From assembly GCA_945897555.1 (NCBI GenBank), contig CAMDGF010000001.1:54866-118865 (forward strand): a DNA stretch of 64,000 bases. The letters are read 5' to 3'. The DNA comes from Klebsiella pneumoniae. Its GTDB lineage: Bacteria > Pseudomonadota > Gammaproteobacteria > Burkholderiales > UBA3065. The position numbers and the translations under genes are program-made. The notes beneath the pieces are model-generated. The model saw only the letters and a list, made by a program, of their open reading frames with translations. It was not told where the DNA came from and searched no databases. This document shows, piece after piece, positions 51,082 through 61,303 of this stretch. Numbering within the stretch: the stretch's first letter is position 1; each line of letters starts with the position of its first letter.

Positions 51082-51300
51082 CTAGTGCTGGCCGGGCCTG
51101 CCGTCGGTGCGGCGCGACTCCCCTTCGAGGGTGCGCTCGGCCGGCGGGGCATCAGGCGGATCGCCCTCACTTACGCCTTTCTTGAAGCCCTTCACCGCCT
51201 CGCCGAGGTCGGTGCCGACGCCCCGCAGCTTCTTGGTGCCGAACACCAGCACGATGACCAGCAGGACGATAAGCCAATGCCAGATGCTGAAAGAACCCAT
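51082..51300 (-). CDS. tatA: twin-arginine translocase subunit TatA
   Basis: 72 aa ([25 protein letters not shown]). Confidence 0.9.
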   Translation of the reverse strand: MGSFSIWHWLIVLLVIVLVFGTKKLRGVGTDLGEAVKGFKKGVSEGDPPDAPPAERTLEGESRRTDGRPGQH

Positions 51301-51477
51301 CGATCGCCTCCCCGGGAAACGTAGTTTTACGCTCGCCCGACACGGCAGGCAAGTGCCGCAGAGCGACCGTCAGGTGCCTACAGTACCAGTAGAAACGGTC
51401 TTTTCGCGGACTGCCTCGCGGCAATAAAAACCTGTTGCGCCGCGGATCGGTGATCCTGGCATCAACGGGCGGTGTCT

Positions 51478-51553
51478 GGTTGCGGGGGCAGGACTTGAAC
51501 CTGCGACCTTCGGGTTATGAGCCCGACGAGCTGCCAACTGCTCCACCCCGCGT
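51478..51553 (-). tRNA. initiator tRNA-fMet (anticodon CAU)
   Basis: The reverse complement reads CGCGGGGTGGAGCAGTTGGCAGCTCGTCGGGCTCATAACCCGAAGGTCGCAGGTTCAAGTCCTGCCCCCGCAACCA. It shows the C1-A72 mismatch, three G-C pairs in the anticodon stem and an encoded CCA. Confidence 0.92.
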
Positions 51554-51712
51554 CTGAGAAAGAGAAGTATACAGCACAAACACGCCAAGCCAGCCGGCAC
51601 CAAGCCCATCGCCAAACAAGTCCCTTGCGGCGCGTGGCGTCCACGCGTGGACAAGTCTTTGCCGGATGACTATCGTAATGTCACCTGATCAACCCAGCCG
51701 GGGCCTCAAGAC

Positions 51713-51835
51713 ATGAGCCAACTCGATTTCCTTCTCATCATCGGCACCATCACCGTGTTCACCGTCGGCATCTTCTGGAGCCACTTTGAAGCTGAGGCCG
51801 AACAGATTCGCCGCAAGCACGAAAAGAAGCAGTAA
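51713..51835 (+). CDS. possible 40-aa single-TM small protein
   Basis: ATG...TAA ORF below the track cutoff (MSQLDFLLIIGTITVFTVGIFWSHFEAEAEQIRRKHEKKQ). A hydrophobic helix is followed by a basic tail. No clear SD. Confidence 0.3.
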   Translation: MSQLDFLLIIGTITVFTVGIFWSHFEAEAEQIRRKHEKKQ

Positions 51836-51841
51836 GCCGCC

Positions 51842-52462
51842 TCAGCCGTCGATCCAGGCGGTCAGCGGCGCCCAGTTGGCCAACTCGCGCCGGGCACGGC
51901 TGGGTGCGATGTCGAACAGTGAGCGCCCTTCGGCAGCGGCGCTCGGATAGACCTGGGTGTCGCGCAAGTAAGTGAGTACGGGCAACTCGAAGTGCGTCAA
52001 AAAGCGCTCAAGCATGGCCGCAGTGCGCGTCCGCGGGTCGACGCGCATGGCCACCAGCGCCACAAAGGTCTTCTGCTTGCGCACCGACTTCTCCTCGGCC
52101 ACCAGACGCAGGAATTCTTCGGTCGCTGCCATATCGAACAAGGACGGCTGAACCGGCACCAATACTTTGTCGGCGGCTTTGAGGCTGTCACTCAGTTTGC
52201 TGCCATGGATGCCGGCCGGTGCGTCGACCACCAGCACCGAAGTGCCTTTGGGCTTCTTCTCCCAACCGTCACGCGCATCGAAGCCCTGGATGCGAGGCAG
52301 CGCCTCCTCGCGAAAACTCAGCCACGCCATGGCCGACTGCTGACGGTCGAGGTCGCCGATCGTGACCCGCTCGCCCTTGCGCGCGAGGTAGGACGCCACG
52401 TTCGTCGACAGCGTCGTCTTGCCGGCTCCGCCTTTGGGGTTGACCACCAGAATGCTGCGCAT
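51842..52462 (-). CDS. ParA/MinD-superfamily P-loop ATPase (orphan)
   Basis: Start at MRSILVVNPKGGAGKTT (deviant Walker A). The track ORF is an upstream extension. Confidence 0.75.
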   Translation of the reverse strand: MRSILVVNPKGGAGKTTLSTNVASYLARKGERVTIGDLDRQQSAMAWLSFREEALPRIQGFDARDGWEKKPKGTSVLVVDAPAGIHGSKLSDSLKAADKVLVPVQPSLFDMAATEEFLRLVAEEKSVRKQKTFVALVAMRVDPRTRTAAMLERFLTHFELPVLTYLRDTQVYPSAAAEGRSLFDIAPSRARRELANWAPLTAWIDG

Positions 52463-52571
52463 CCTTGCTGCTCCTTGTTTGACTGCCATTCGATCGCCGT
52501 TGAGGATGCCCCAAGCGGCTGCGACTTTCCACCTTGCACCGGGCCGCATCCACGGACGCGCGCCCGGCACT

Positions 52572-53177
52572 TCACGCCGAGCCCACCGCCCGACGGTCCA
52601 TGAGGGCCTGCGCCAGCGTTCCGCTGTCGACGAACTCGAGTTCCCCACCCACCGGCAACCCACGTGCGATGCGTGTGACACGGATGTCGCATTCGGCCAG
52701 CCAAGCGGCCAGATACTGCGCCGTCGCCTCCCCCTCCACCGAGAAGCCCGTGGCGAGGATCACCTCGCGCACCTCACTGCCCACGATGCGCTGGCTGAGC
52801 GGATCGAGAGCGAGTTGACGCGGCCCCACTCCATCCAGCGGCGAAAGCTTGCCGAGCAAGACAAAATAAAGCCCGCGAAAGGTGTGCGTCTGCTCGATGC
52901 GCAACAGGTCAGCGGGTGTCTCGACCACCGCCAGCAGGCTGCGGTCGCGGTCGGCGCTGCAACAGAGCGCACAGACCTCTTGTTCGGTAAAGGTGTTGCA
53001 CAGACGGCAGTGGCCGATACTGGAGCGGGCATGGCTGATCGCCGCTGCCAACCGGTCGGCACCCGCCGGGTCGCGCTGCAGCAGGTGGTAGGCCATGCGT
53101 TGTGCCGACCGCGGGCCGACCCCCGGCAGCACCCGCAGGGCCTCGATCAACGCGCCGAGGGCCGAAGGCGATTCCAA
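52572..53177 (-). CDS. recR: recombination protein RecR
   Basis: 201 aa. [13 protein letters not shown] HhH motif, a C4 zinc finger (CRLC...CALC) and a Toprim region. Confidence 0.92.
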   Translation of the reverse strand: MESPSALGALIEALRVLPGVGPRSAQRMAYHLLQRDPAGADRLAAAISHARSSIGHCRLCNTFTEQEVCALCCSADRDRSLLAVVETPADLLRIEQTHTFRGLYFVLLGKLSPLDGVGPRQLALDPLSQRIVGSEVREVILATGFSVEGEATAQYLAAWLAECDIRVTRIARGLPVGGELEFVDSGTLAQALMDRRAVGSA

Positions 53178-53190
53178 TGTCCTGCCGCGC

Positions 53191-53523
53191 CTAGAACGGC
53201 AGCTTCATGCCCGGCGGCAGCGGCAGGCCGGCGGTGAGCCCCGACATCTTGGCCTGCGTGGTCGCTTCCACCTGCCGCACCGCATCGTTGAGCGCGGTGG
53301 CAAGCAGATCTTCGAGCATCTCGCGGTCGTCGGCATCGGCCACCAGCGAGGGGTCGATGCGCACCCGGCGTGTCTCGTGGCGACACGTCATAAGTACGCT
53401 CACCGCGCCGTTACCGGCTTTACCCTCGACCTCGAGCGCGCCAAGTTCCTCCTGCGCGCGGTTCATCTTCTCCTGCATCTGCTGGGCCTGCTTCATCAGG
53501 CCGGCGAGTCCGCCCTTCATCAC
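53191..53523 (-). CDS. ybaB: YbaB/EbfC nucleoid-associated protein
   Basis: 110 aa ([20 protein letters not shown]). Confidence 0.9.
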   Translation of the reverse strand: MMKGGLAGLMKQAQQMQEKMNRAQEELGALEVEGKAGNGAVSVLMTCRHETRRVRIDPSLVADADDREMLEDLLATALNDAVRQVEATTQAKMSGLTAGLPLPPGMKLPF

Positions 53524-55202
53524 GGTGACACCTCTCCCGGGTTGGTGATCTGGTTGTGCAACGGCCGGATGCTGCTATCGAGCAACACGCCGCCCATCTC
53601 GTCGATCAAGCCGCGCACGAACGGGTCGCTGCGGATCGATTCCACGGCCTGCGCCTGCTGCGCAGCACGCGCCGATTCACGGCGGGCGATCGGCGTCTCC
53701 ATGCCGCTGGCTGCCGCCTGCTCGACCACAACGATGTCGACGCGGACGCTGCGGCCCAAGGCCGCAACCACCGCTTCGGCGAGCTTGTCCCGCACAGCGA
53801 GGTCGAGCATGCGCCGGAAAGCATCGCCCAGTTCGAGCCGCAGGGTGGTGGCGTCGTGCGCAGCCAATACGCAGCGATCCGCCAGCATGCGGGTCTTGCC
53901 GCCCAGACCCATGCGCTGGACCAGCGCCGGCCAATCACCATCAAAAGGCGCGGCATCGGCCGCTCGGGTTTCGGCTGCAGTTGGCTTGGCCTCTGAGACC
54001 GCCAAGGCAAGGGCCGGCAGTGGCTGCGCGGGCGCAGCGGCGGGCGCCGCCAGCGTGTCTGGGCGCGACACAGGCGCTGCTGCCACCCCACCTTCAGCCG
54101 GCGCCAACACCGCCGGCTCGGCACCCGGGCCCAGCAGCGCGATCATGCGCAACACCGCCATGACAAAACCGGACTCTGCATCCGGCGCCCAATCGAGTTC
54201 AGAGCGCGCGTGCACGGCGATCTGATACAGCACCTGCAGGTCGGTGGCAGACAGCCGTGCCGCGAGCGCTGCCACGCCATCCGGCGTGTCTGGCACGGCC
54301 GCAGGGAGCGCCTTGCAGAGCGCTGCCTGGCGGATCAGTCGCGCCAACTCCTGCAAGGCACCGTCCAAGGCCACGCCACGGCCGGCGAGCGCGTCGGCAG
54401 CAGCCAGCGCTGCCTCGGCATCGCCTTGGCTCACCGCTTGCAGGATGGCGAGCAGCGCATCGAGGTCGGCCACGCCGAGCATCTCTGCCACCGGCGCCGC
54501 GAGCACGCGTCCACCGCCAAAAGCGATCGCTTGATCGAGCAGCGACAGCGCGTCGCGCAGACTGCCTTGCGCCGCACGCGCGAGCAGATCGAGCGCCGCT
54601 GGTTCCGCCTCGACACCCTCTTCGGCGAGGATGTGTGTCATGCGCGCAGCGATGACCGCGGCGGCGATGGGCTTGAGGCCGAACTGCATGCAGCGGCTCA
54701 AGACCGTCACCGGGATCTTTTGCGGATCGGTGGTGGCAAGCACGAATTTGACGTGATCAGGCGGCTCCTCGAGGGTCTTGAGCATGGCGTTGAACGCCGA
54801 GCCCGAGAGCTGGTGCACCTCGTCGATCACATACACCTTGAAGCGCCCAGCGGTCGGTGCGTAAGTGGCGTTCTCAAGCAACTCGCGCATGCGATCGACC
54901 TGGGTGTTGGAAGCCGCATCCAGCTCGATGAGGTCGACGAAGCGCCCCTCCTCGATACCGCGACAGGCTGCACATACGCCGCAGGGGTCGGGTGTGACGC
55001 CGGTCTCACAGTTGAGTGAGCGCGCCAGCACGCGCGCCAGCGTGGTCTTTCCCACCCCGCGGGTGCCAGTGAAGAGATAGGCGTGATGCAAGCGGCCGCT
55101 CGACAAGGCATGCCGCAAGGCCTGCAGCACATGTGGCTGGCCGACCACATCGGCGAAGGAGTTCGGCCGCCACTTTCGGGCGAGGACGCGATGCGCTTGC
55201 AT
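53520..55202 (-). CDS. dnaX: DNA polymerase III subunits gamma/tau
   Basis: 560 aa. GTRGVGKTT Walker A, DEVHQLS, and a Zn module CGVCAAC. Confidence 0.92.
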   Translation of the reverse strand: MQAHRVLARKWRPNSFADVVGQPHVLQALRHALSSGRLHHAYLFTGTRGVGKTTLARVLARSLNCETGVTPDPCGVCAACRGIEEGRFVDLIELDAASNTQVDRMRELLENATYAPTAGRFKVYVIDEVHQLSGSAFNAMLKTLEEPPDHVKFVLATTDPQKIPVTVLSRCMQFGLKPIAAAVIAARMTHILAEEGVEAEPAALDLLARAAQGSLRDALSLLDQAIAFGGGRVLAAPVAEMLGVADLDALLAILQAVSQGDAEAALAAADALAGRGVALDGALQELARLIRQAALCKALPAAVPDTPDGVAALAARLSATDLQVLYQIAVHARSELDWAPDAESGFVMAVLRMIALLGPGAEPAVLAPAEGGVAAAPVSRPDTLAAPAAAPAQPLPALALAVSEAKPTAAETRAADAAPFDGDWPALVQRMGLGGKTRMLADRCVLAAHDATTLRLELGDAFRRMLDLAVRDKLAEAVVAALGRSVRVDIVVVEQAAASGMETPIARRESARAAQQAQAVESIRSDPFVRGLIDEMGGVLLDSSIRPLHNQITNPGEVSP

Positions 55203-55267
55203 GGCCTCGATTATGCACCCGCGGGGTGGGCCGGACGATGTCCCGGATGGCCGCAGCCAGATGACCG

Positions 55268-55297
55268 AAAAAACAAAAGGGGCGCCACAGCGCCCCT
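55268..55297 (-). terminator. rho-independent terminator after the PagL-like gene
   Basis: The minus strand reads AGGGGCGCTGTGGCGCCCCT followed by TTTGTTTTTT. Confidence 0.7.
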
Positions 55298-55316
55298 CAG
55301 ACGGAACCCGATGGCC

Positions 55317-55859
55317 CTAAAAACCGTACTTGAGCCGTAACTGGTGGAAGTTCACGCCACCGTTGTTCTCCGAGATACCGGCGTTGGAGTAGTGCTGGAA
55401 ACGGTAGCCGAGGTCGTACTTGAGTCCCTCGCCAAAACGAAAGCCAAAGCCGACGTGGTCGCCGAACTCAAAGGCAGTGCCCATCTTCTTGGTGTCGTTA
55501 AGGCGCACGCTGGAGAACAGATGCACGCCGATGCCGGCTTCGACATAAGGCGCCACGCTGCCGGTGTCCGCGCCAAAGCGAAATACGGGTGTCAAGCCGA
55601 CACCACCGATGCTGTTACCCCCCGGATCGTCGCCCTTCCAGTAAGAGACATCCGCCTCCCAATAGCCGCCAAGCGACCAATCACCCGTCTTGAACCACTG
55701 CTTGTCCCAATTCCAGACGAGGCCGATGGCGCCCATCCGGGCATCGTCGCCGGTGCCACCGATGAAGGAGATGCCATCGACGGCTGCTGCGGGGCCAGCG
55801 GCGAGTGCCGCAACAAGAGCAAGGGCGGCCGACCGGCTGCGCTCGACGTTCTTCATCAT
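55317..55859 (-). CDS. outer-membrane acyloxyacyl hydrolase, PagL-like lipid A deacylase family
   Basis: Start at MMKNVERSRSAALALVAALAAGPAAA (signal peptide). Beta-barrel-like alternating pattern. H-x-S in FQHYSNAG and a C-terminal aromatic residue (F). Confidence 0.7.
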   Translation of the reverse strand: MMKNVERSRSAALALVAALAAGPAAAVDGISFIGGTGDDARMGAIGLVWNWDKQWFKTGDWSLGGYWEADVSYWKGDDPGGNSIGGVGLTPVFRFGADTGSVAPYVEAGIGVHLFSSVRLNDTKKMGTAFEFGDHVGFGFRFGEGLKYDLGYRFQHYSNAGISENNGGVNFHQLRLKYGF

Positions 55860-56169
55860 CTTGGGACCTTTCCTCTCGACGACAGGGGACTGCATCCAGA
55901 CTGCATGGGGTGGCGAGCCTTGCCCCCGGCACTTGCAACGAGCGGCTGTGGCTGCTGCCTTCCGGCCCTGACCAGATTCACCGCCGTGCAATGCGGGGAG
56001 GCCCGCCATGAATAGCCTGCCGGCTCGCCACGAAGGGCGTTCCGGCAATCGGGCAGCCGCAGCTGCTACCCCCTGAATGTAGCTTCGACAAGGGTGGAAT
56101 GTCCAGCGAGCGCAAGCTTTGGCGAGTTTCTTCGCGCATGAGCGGTGACACCGACGCCACAATCCCGGG

Positions 56170-57021
56170 GTGAACATCACGTTGCCACCCTCGTCGCCCG
56201 AGGGCCCTCCAACCCGACCCAGCGCCGATGTCGAGGGCCAAAGCCTCGGCGCGGCCGAGGAAGACGATCTCTTCACTGCAAAAGCACTCGACAAAGCCTT
56301 GCATGAGGGCCAACTGAGCCTGCTCTATCAGCCGATTTTTCGCCTGCAAGACCGCCGGCCGGTGAGCGTAGAGGCCCTGCTGCGCTGGCGTAGCCCCAGG
56401 GGCGCAGACCGCCTTCCAGACACCTTCATCCCCTGCGCAGAACGCGGCGGCTTGATCGACGCCATCGGCCTCTTCGTGCTGAAAAGCGCCTGCGACCAGA
56501 TCGTCGTATGGCGGCAACAGCAGTCGCGCGTGCTGCCGGTCTCGATCAATGTGTCTGCACACCAGTTCCGTACACCCGACTTTGCCAGCGACTTTGCCAG
56601 CATCATCGCGACGTCGGGCGTCGACCCGCACGCGCTGCAGCTCGAGATCACCGAATCGGCGCTGGTCGATGACCCGGTGACCGCCTCGGCGCGGCTCGAC
56701 GGACTGCGGGCACTGGGCGTGGGCATCGCGATCGACGACTTTGGCGTAGGTTACTCATCGCTCTCGCGGCTGCGGCACTACCACATCGACACACTCAAAC
56801 TCGATCACAGCTTTGTGCATGACGTGGCCGATGACTTTGTGGCCAACGAAGTGGCCGCCACCATCATCCGCCTTGCGCACCGGCTCGGCGTATCAGTGGT
56901 GGCCGAAGGTGTAGAGACCGAGGCGCAATACACCGCTCTGCTTGCGATGGGCTGCGACGCCGGCCAAGGGTTCCTGCTGTCGCGGCCGCTCGCTGCCGAC
57001 GACATCCCGGGTCTGGCCTGA
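56170..57021 (+). CDS. stand-alone EAL-domain c-di-GMP phosphodiesterase
   Basis: YQPIF, EALLRW, QLEITES, DDFGVGYSS, KLDHSF, EGVET and QGFLLSRP motifs are all present. The GTG start is uncertain. Confidence 0.75.
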   Translation: MNITLPPSSPEGPPTRPSADVEGQSLGAAEEDDLFTAKALDKALHEGQLSLLYQPIFRLQDRRPVSVEALLRWRSPRGADRLPDTFIPCAERGGLIDAIGLFVLKSACDQIVVWRQQQSRVLPVSINVSAHQFRTPDFASDFASIIATSGVDPHALQLEITESALVDDPVTASARLDGLRALGVGIAIDDFGVGYSSLSRLRHYHIDTLKLDHSFVHDVADDFVANEVAATIIRLAHRLGVSVVAEGVETEAQYTALLAMGCDAGQGFLLSRPLAADDIPGLA

Positions 57022-57035
57022 CCGCGCTCGGTCGG

Positions 57036-59006
57036 TCAGGCCGTGGCCGGCACAGCCTCCTGCAGGCGACGCACGCTGGCCTCGATACCGGGGGCATCGA
57101 GGCCCTCCATGGCCAGCAAGGTGGCGTGGTCGCCATGATCGATGAAACGGTCGGGCAGGCCAAGGTGGTGGATCGGCACCATGGGGATGCGGCTGCCGAG
57201 CGCCACCAGACCTTCGGCGCAGGCCGAGCCAGCCCCGCCCTGCACCACATGCTCCTCGACCGTGACCAGCAGGTCGTGGTGATGGGCCGCCCACGCCAGG
57301 GTGTCGAGGTCAAGCGGCTTGACGAAGCGCATGTTGATCACCGTGGCGTCGAGCGCCTCAGCCGCCTTGAGCGCTGGCGAGACCATCGACCCGAAGGCGA
57401 GGATGGCGACACGGGCGCCTGCTGCCGCGACGCCTGTGCGCAACACCTCCGCCTTGCCGACCGGGAGCGGCTCGAGCGTGTCGGTGGCGTCGATGCCGGC
57501 GCCCGCGCCACGTGGATAGCGCACTGCGCTCGGCCCGTCGTAGGCGAGCCCTGTACTGAGCATGCGCCGGCACTCGAGCTCGTCCTTGGGCGCCATCACC
57601 AACATGTGCGGGATGCAACGCAGGAAGCTGTAGTCGTAGATGCCGGCATGGGTGGCGCCATCGGCGCCGACCAACCCGGCACGATCGAGCGCGAACATCA
57701 CCGGCAGCTTCTGCAAAGCGACATCGTGGATGAGCTGGTCGTAGGCGCGCTGCAGGAAGGTGCTGTAGATCGCAACCACGGGCTTCAGGCCTTCGCAGGC
57801 GATGCCAGCGGCAAACGTCACCGCGTGCTGCTCGGCGATGCCAACGTCGTAGTAGCGATCAGGGAAGCGCTCGGCGTACTCGACCATGCCGGAGCCCTCG
57901 CGCATGGCTGGCGTGATGGCCACCACGCGCGGATCGGCACTCGCAGCGTCGCACAACCAACGGCCGAACACCTGCGAATAGGTCGCCTTGGCCGGCGCGG
58001 CGGGCTTGATGCCAGCCGCCGGATCGAACTTGCCAGGGCCGTGGTAGAGGATGGGATCGGCCTCGGCACGGTCGTAGCCAGCCCCCTTGCGCGTCACCAC
58101 ATGGAGGAACTGCGGGCCCTTGAGCCGGCGCAGGTTGATCAGCGTCGGCACCAGTGCATCGAGGTCGTGTCCGTCGATCGGGCCGACATAGTTGAAACCG
58201 AACTCCTCGAACAGGGTGCCGGGGGTGACAAAACCCTTGGCAGTCTCTTCGACGCGGTGCGCGAGTTCGCGCATCGATGGCAGGCCGCTGAGCAGTTGTT
58301 TGCCGAGCTCCTTGGTGCTGGTGTAGAGCCGGCTCGAGAGCAGCCGGGTGAGGTACTTGGAGAGCGCACCCACCGGCGGACTGATCGACATCTCGTTGTC
58401 GTTGAGGATCACCAGCAGGTCGATGTCGCGCTCGATGCCGGCATTGTTGAGCGCCTCGAAAGCCAGCCCGGCACTCATGGCGCCATCGCCGATCACGGCG
58501 ACGTGCCGACGCCGCCCCGAGCCCTCATGCTCACCCTTCTGCCGCGAAGCGATGGCCATGCCCAATGCAGCCGAGATGCTGGTCGATGAGTGGGCGGTGC
58601 CAAAGTGGTCGTACTCACTCTCACAACGCCGCGGAAAGCCCGACAGCCCTTTGAGCTGACGCAGGCTGCCCATGCGCTCGCGGCGACCGGTGAGGATCTT
58701 GTGCGGGTAGCTCTGATGCCCGACATCCCAGATCAGGCGGTCATACGGCAGGTTGAAGACGTGGTGGATGGCCACCGTGAGTTCCACAGTGCCCAGATTC
58801 GATGACAGATGCCCCCCGGTGCTCGCCACCGAGCGCAGCAGGAACTCGCGCAGTTCGGCAGACAGCTGCTTGAGCTGCGCACGACTCAGCGCGCGCACCT
58901 GCGCCGGCGCGTTGACCTTGTCCAGGACCGATTCCAGATCATCCATGGGCCCGAATTGTGCGCCATCCAGGCGAGTGAATGTTGCGGCGCGATCCATCGT
59001 GTTCAT
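57036..59006 (-). CDS. dxs: 1-deoxy-D-xylulose-5-phosphate synthase
   Basis: 656 aa. [12 protein letters not shown] and IGDGAMSAG (ThDP) motifs. The start overlaps the puhE stop (ATGA). Confidence 0.92.
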   Translation of the reverse strand: MNTMDRAATFTRLDGAQFGPMDDLESVLDKVNAPAQVRALSRAQLKQLSAELREFLLRSVASTGGHLSSNLGTVELTVAIHHVFNLPYDRLIWDVGHQSYPHKILTGRRERMGSLRQLKGLSGFPRRCESEYDHFGTAHSSTSISAALGMAIASRQKGEHEGSGRRRHVAVIGDGAMSAGLAFEALNNAGIERDIDLLVILNDNEMSISPPVGALSKYLTRLLSSRLYTSTKELGKQLLSGLPSMRELAHRVEETAKGFVTPGTLFEEFGFNYVGPIDGHDLDALVPTLINLRRLKGPQFLHVVTRKGAGYDRAEADPILYHGPGKFDPAAGIKPAAPAKATYSQVFGRWLCDAASADPRVVAITPAMREGSGMVEYAERFPDRYYDVGIAEQHAVTFAAGIACEGLKPVVAIYSTFLQRAYDQLIHDVALQKLPVMFALDRAGLVGADGATHAGIYDYSFLRCIPHMLVMAPKDELECRRMLSTGLAYDGPSAVRYPRGAGAGIDATDTLEPLPVGKAEVLRTGVAAAGARVAILAFGSMVSPALKAAEALDATVINMRFVKPLDLDTLAWAAHHHDLLVTVEEHVVQGGAGSACAEGLVALGSRIPMVPIHHLGLPDRFIDHGDHATLLAMEGLDAPGIEASVRRLQEAVPATA

Positions 59007-59803
59007 GTCACCTCCATACCCAGGCGATCGCGCTCACGACGGTCACGCCGCGAGCCCATGCCCCAATGCCAAAGCCGCTCGAAGGGAATCGGCAGCACCA
59101 TGAACCAATGCTCGAGAATGGCAAGGCTCAGCAACATGGCTGCCAGCGATGCGGCTACCGGCTGAAAGTCGCCGGCACGCTGGTTCCAGGCGAACTCCCA
59201 GCCTGCCATCGCGGCCGCCGTGGCAAGCGTCACCACCACCGGGAACAGCGGGTTGATCGGCTTGCGCTGAAAGTAGGTGGGCAGGTAGCGCAGATGCAGC
59301 GGCAAGAAGGTCTCCGAAAGATTGCGCACGCCGAGGAAGACATTGAGCTTGGCGCTCTGGCGCATCACCCAGAAGATCAGGTAGGTGCACAGACCGACAC
59401 GGTTACTGCCGCCGGCTGTGGCGAGGAATACACCCAGGCCGAGCACCAGCAGGGCGATCTCGTGGTGCAGCACCACCTGCAGGGCAAAGCCCGCCCGCTG
59501 CCAGCCGCGCGAGCCGATCGGCAGGTCGATGCGCCGCGGCCCGGTGACATACCCGAGCAGAAAAGCGATCTCCTGCCATGCCCAGATGAGGAGAGCGCAG
59601 CTGAACGCACAATAGGCACCGGCCTCGGTGGCCATATCGCGCGATGCAGCCAAGCCCCAGAAGGCAGCCACCGCGAGCCAGCTGGCGAGCGTGAACGTGA
59701 GGCGGTAGGTGCTGCGTGGCAAACGGTTGAGCCAGATGATGACGCCGGTGCCGATCCACCATGCGAACAGGGTGAACACGGCGGGAAGCAAGAGGGTGCT
59801 CAT
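59003..59803 (-). CDS. puhE: putative photosynthetic complex assembly protein PuhE
   Basis: Start at [21 protein letters not shown] 266-aa multi-TM protein located after acsF, as in other photosynthesis gene clusters. Confidence 0.8.
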   Translation of the reverse strand: MSTLLLPAVFTLFAWWIGTGVIIWLNRLPRSTYRLTFTLASWLAVAAFWGLAASRDMATEAGAYCAFSCALLIWAWQEIAFLLGYVTGPRRIDLPIGSRGWQRAGFALQVVLHHEIALLVLGLGVFLATAGGSNRVGLCTYLIFWVMRQSAKLNVFLGVRNLSETFLPLHLRYLPTYFQRKPINPLFPVVVTLATAAAMAGWEFAWNQRAGDFQPVAASLAAMLLSLAILEHWFMVLPIPFERLWHWGMGSRRDRRERDRLGMEVT

Positions 59804-59846
59804 CGCCCGGGTATCCTCGCCGTCGGTGCGGCCACGCGACAGACCG

Positions 59847-60932
59847 TCACCACACCGGCTCGAGGCGCGGGTCGGCGGGCAGCTCGCGCGAGCGCACCGG
59901 AAGGAAGTACATGCGGACGAAGGTCGCGGCGGCACCCAGCGCAAGACCGGCGCGGCGCACTTGGTTCCACGGTCCACCCACCCTGCGCGCCTCGTCCATC
60001 GCCTCGGCGATCAGGCGCATCTTCTCCAGCCCGGCGCGGAAGCGTGCGTCTTCGAAGTTGAGCGTATCCGGGAACACCTGTTGTGAGATCTCCCGGGTGA
60101 CGCGGAACACCTCCATGTCGTATTCGGTCGGATCGAGCCCGAGCGACTTGTGGAACACCGGCCGCGCGTGGTCACGCACATACATGGTGGCGAACACCGC
60201 CAGGGTAAAGAAGCGGATCCAGAGGCGGTTGAGGCCACGGGTCAGGCTCGGGTCCGCGCGCATCAGCAGGGCGAACGCCTCGCCATGCCGGAACTCATCG
60301 TTGCACCACTCGCGGAACCACCGGAAGATCGGGTGGAAGCACAGCTCAGGGTGCCGTTCGATCTTTCGGTAGATGGTGATGTAACGCGCGTAGCCGATCT
60401 TCTCCGAAAGGTAGGTCGCGTAGAAGATGTACTTGGGCTTGAAGTAGGTGTACTTCTTGGCCTTGACCAGAAAGCCCAGATCGACCCCGATACCGAAATC
60501 CTTGAGCCACTGGTTGATGAAACCGGCGTGGCGCGATTCGTCGCGCGCCATGTAACCGAACAGGTCCTTCATGTCGGGGTTCTTGACCCGCCGACGGATC
60601 TCGGCGTAGAGCACACAGCCAGAGAACTCCGCCGTGACCGAACTGATCATGAAATCAACGAATTCCTGATAGAGCTCGTCGGGCAAGTGCGAGTAGTCCT
60701 GCCCGAGCATGTCGACCGGCCGCTCGAAGTGGCCGTTGTTGGGGTCGTCCCTGAACTCGGCCATCAGCGCATCCCACTGCTCGCGGATCGAACCGATGTC
60801 GATGCGGTCCATGGCGTCGAAATCGGTGGTGTAGAAACGCGGATCGAGGATGGTGTTCTTCTGCGCCTGGCGCGTCGAATCGTTGATGCTCTCAGGCGTC
60901 TCGAGCTGGCGGGTCTCGGTCATGGCGTTCAT
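59847..60932 (-). CDS. acsF: aerobic Mg-protoporphyrin IX monomethyl ester oxidative cyclase
   Basis: Start at MNAMTETRQ (361 aa). Two di-iron E..E/D-x-x-H motifs (DESRH, DEFRH). Confidence 0.92.
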   Translation of the reverse strand: MNAMTETRQLETPESINDSTRQAQKNTILDPRFYTTDFDAMDRIDIGSIREQWDALMAEFRDDPNNGHFERPVDMLGQDYSHLPDELYQEFVDFMISSVTAEFSGCVLYAEIRRRVKNPDMKDLFGYMARDESRHAGFINQWLKDFGIGVDLGFLVKAKKYTYFKPKYIFYATYLSEKIGYARYITIYRKIERHPELCFHPIFRWFREWCNDEFRHGEAFALLMRADPSLTRGLNRLWIRFFTLAVFATMYVRDHARPVFHKSLGLDPTEYDMEVFRVTREISQQVFPDTLNFEDARFRAGLEKMRLIAEAMDEARRVGGPWNQVRRAGLALGAAATFVRMYFLPVRSRELPADPRLEPVW

Positions 60933-61303
60933 GGCTGCTGGCCTCCGTTGGGCACGCTGGACACGGCGTTGGATGGTCGTGCGGCCTTGGGCCGCGGATA
61001 GTTGCGTGAGGTTGAGAAGCGGCGCTCGGAGAAGCTCACCTCGTAGAGCAGGTCGAGTTCGAAACGGGCGAGGGCAAAGGTCTTGAGGCGCTGCCACCAC
61101 GATGCACGCGAAACCGTGGCACGACGTTCAACCGCGTAACGCTCACCCCAGTTGATGCGGGTGGGCGGGTTATGCACCAGCACCTCGTCGCCAGGGCCGA
61201 TCTCGACCCCTTTGAGGATGACGTGCGCGTAGCAGTCGTCGGCGGTATGCGCCAACTCGACACGACATGGCACTGTGGATACGCGAGGGTCACGGTCGCT
61301 CAT
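60929..61303 (-). CDS. small conserved-position ORF between puhC and acsF (124 aa), function unknown
   Basis: ATGA overlaps at both ends (with the puhC stop and the acsF start). GC-rich third codon positions. Confidence 0.65.
   Translation of the reverse strand: MSDRDPRVSTVPCRVELAHTADDCYAHVILKGVEIGPGDEVLVHNPPTRINWGERYAVERRATVSRASWWQRLKTFALARFELDLLYEVSFSERRFSTSRNYPRPKAARPSNAVSSVPNGGQQP

Noticed and set aside
49587-51185. 532-aa plus-strand ORF
   Set aside because: It is antisense to tatC/tatB and has low-complexity Arg/Ala/Ser/His-rich sequence. Artefact.
51300-51560. tRNA-fMet as an integration site of a genomic island carrying the sox/HiPIP locus
   Set aside because: No integrase, no direct repeat of the tRNA 3' end and no mobility genes are present. 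Core tatABC lies directly next to the tRNA.
53520-55202. Programmed -1 frameshift site (A AAA AAG type) in dnaX
   Set aside because: No slippery heptamer was seen on the coding strand while reading the gene, so there is no support from sequence.
55203-55316. Possible SRP RNA (ffs) upstream of dnaX, as in many bacteria
   Set aside because: Only 114 nt are available, and 30 of them form the terminator of the PagL-like gene. I could not find the conserved SRP helix-8 motifs. The GCAGCCAGATGACC similarity is too short.
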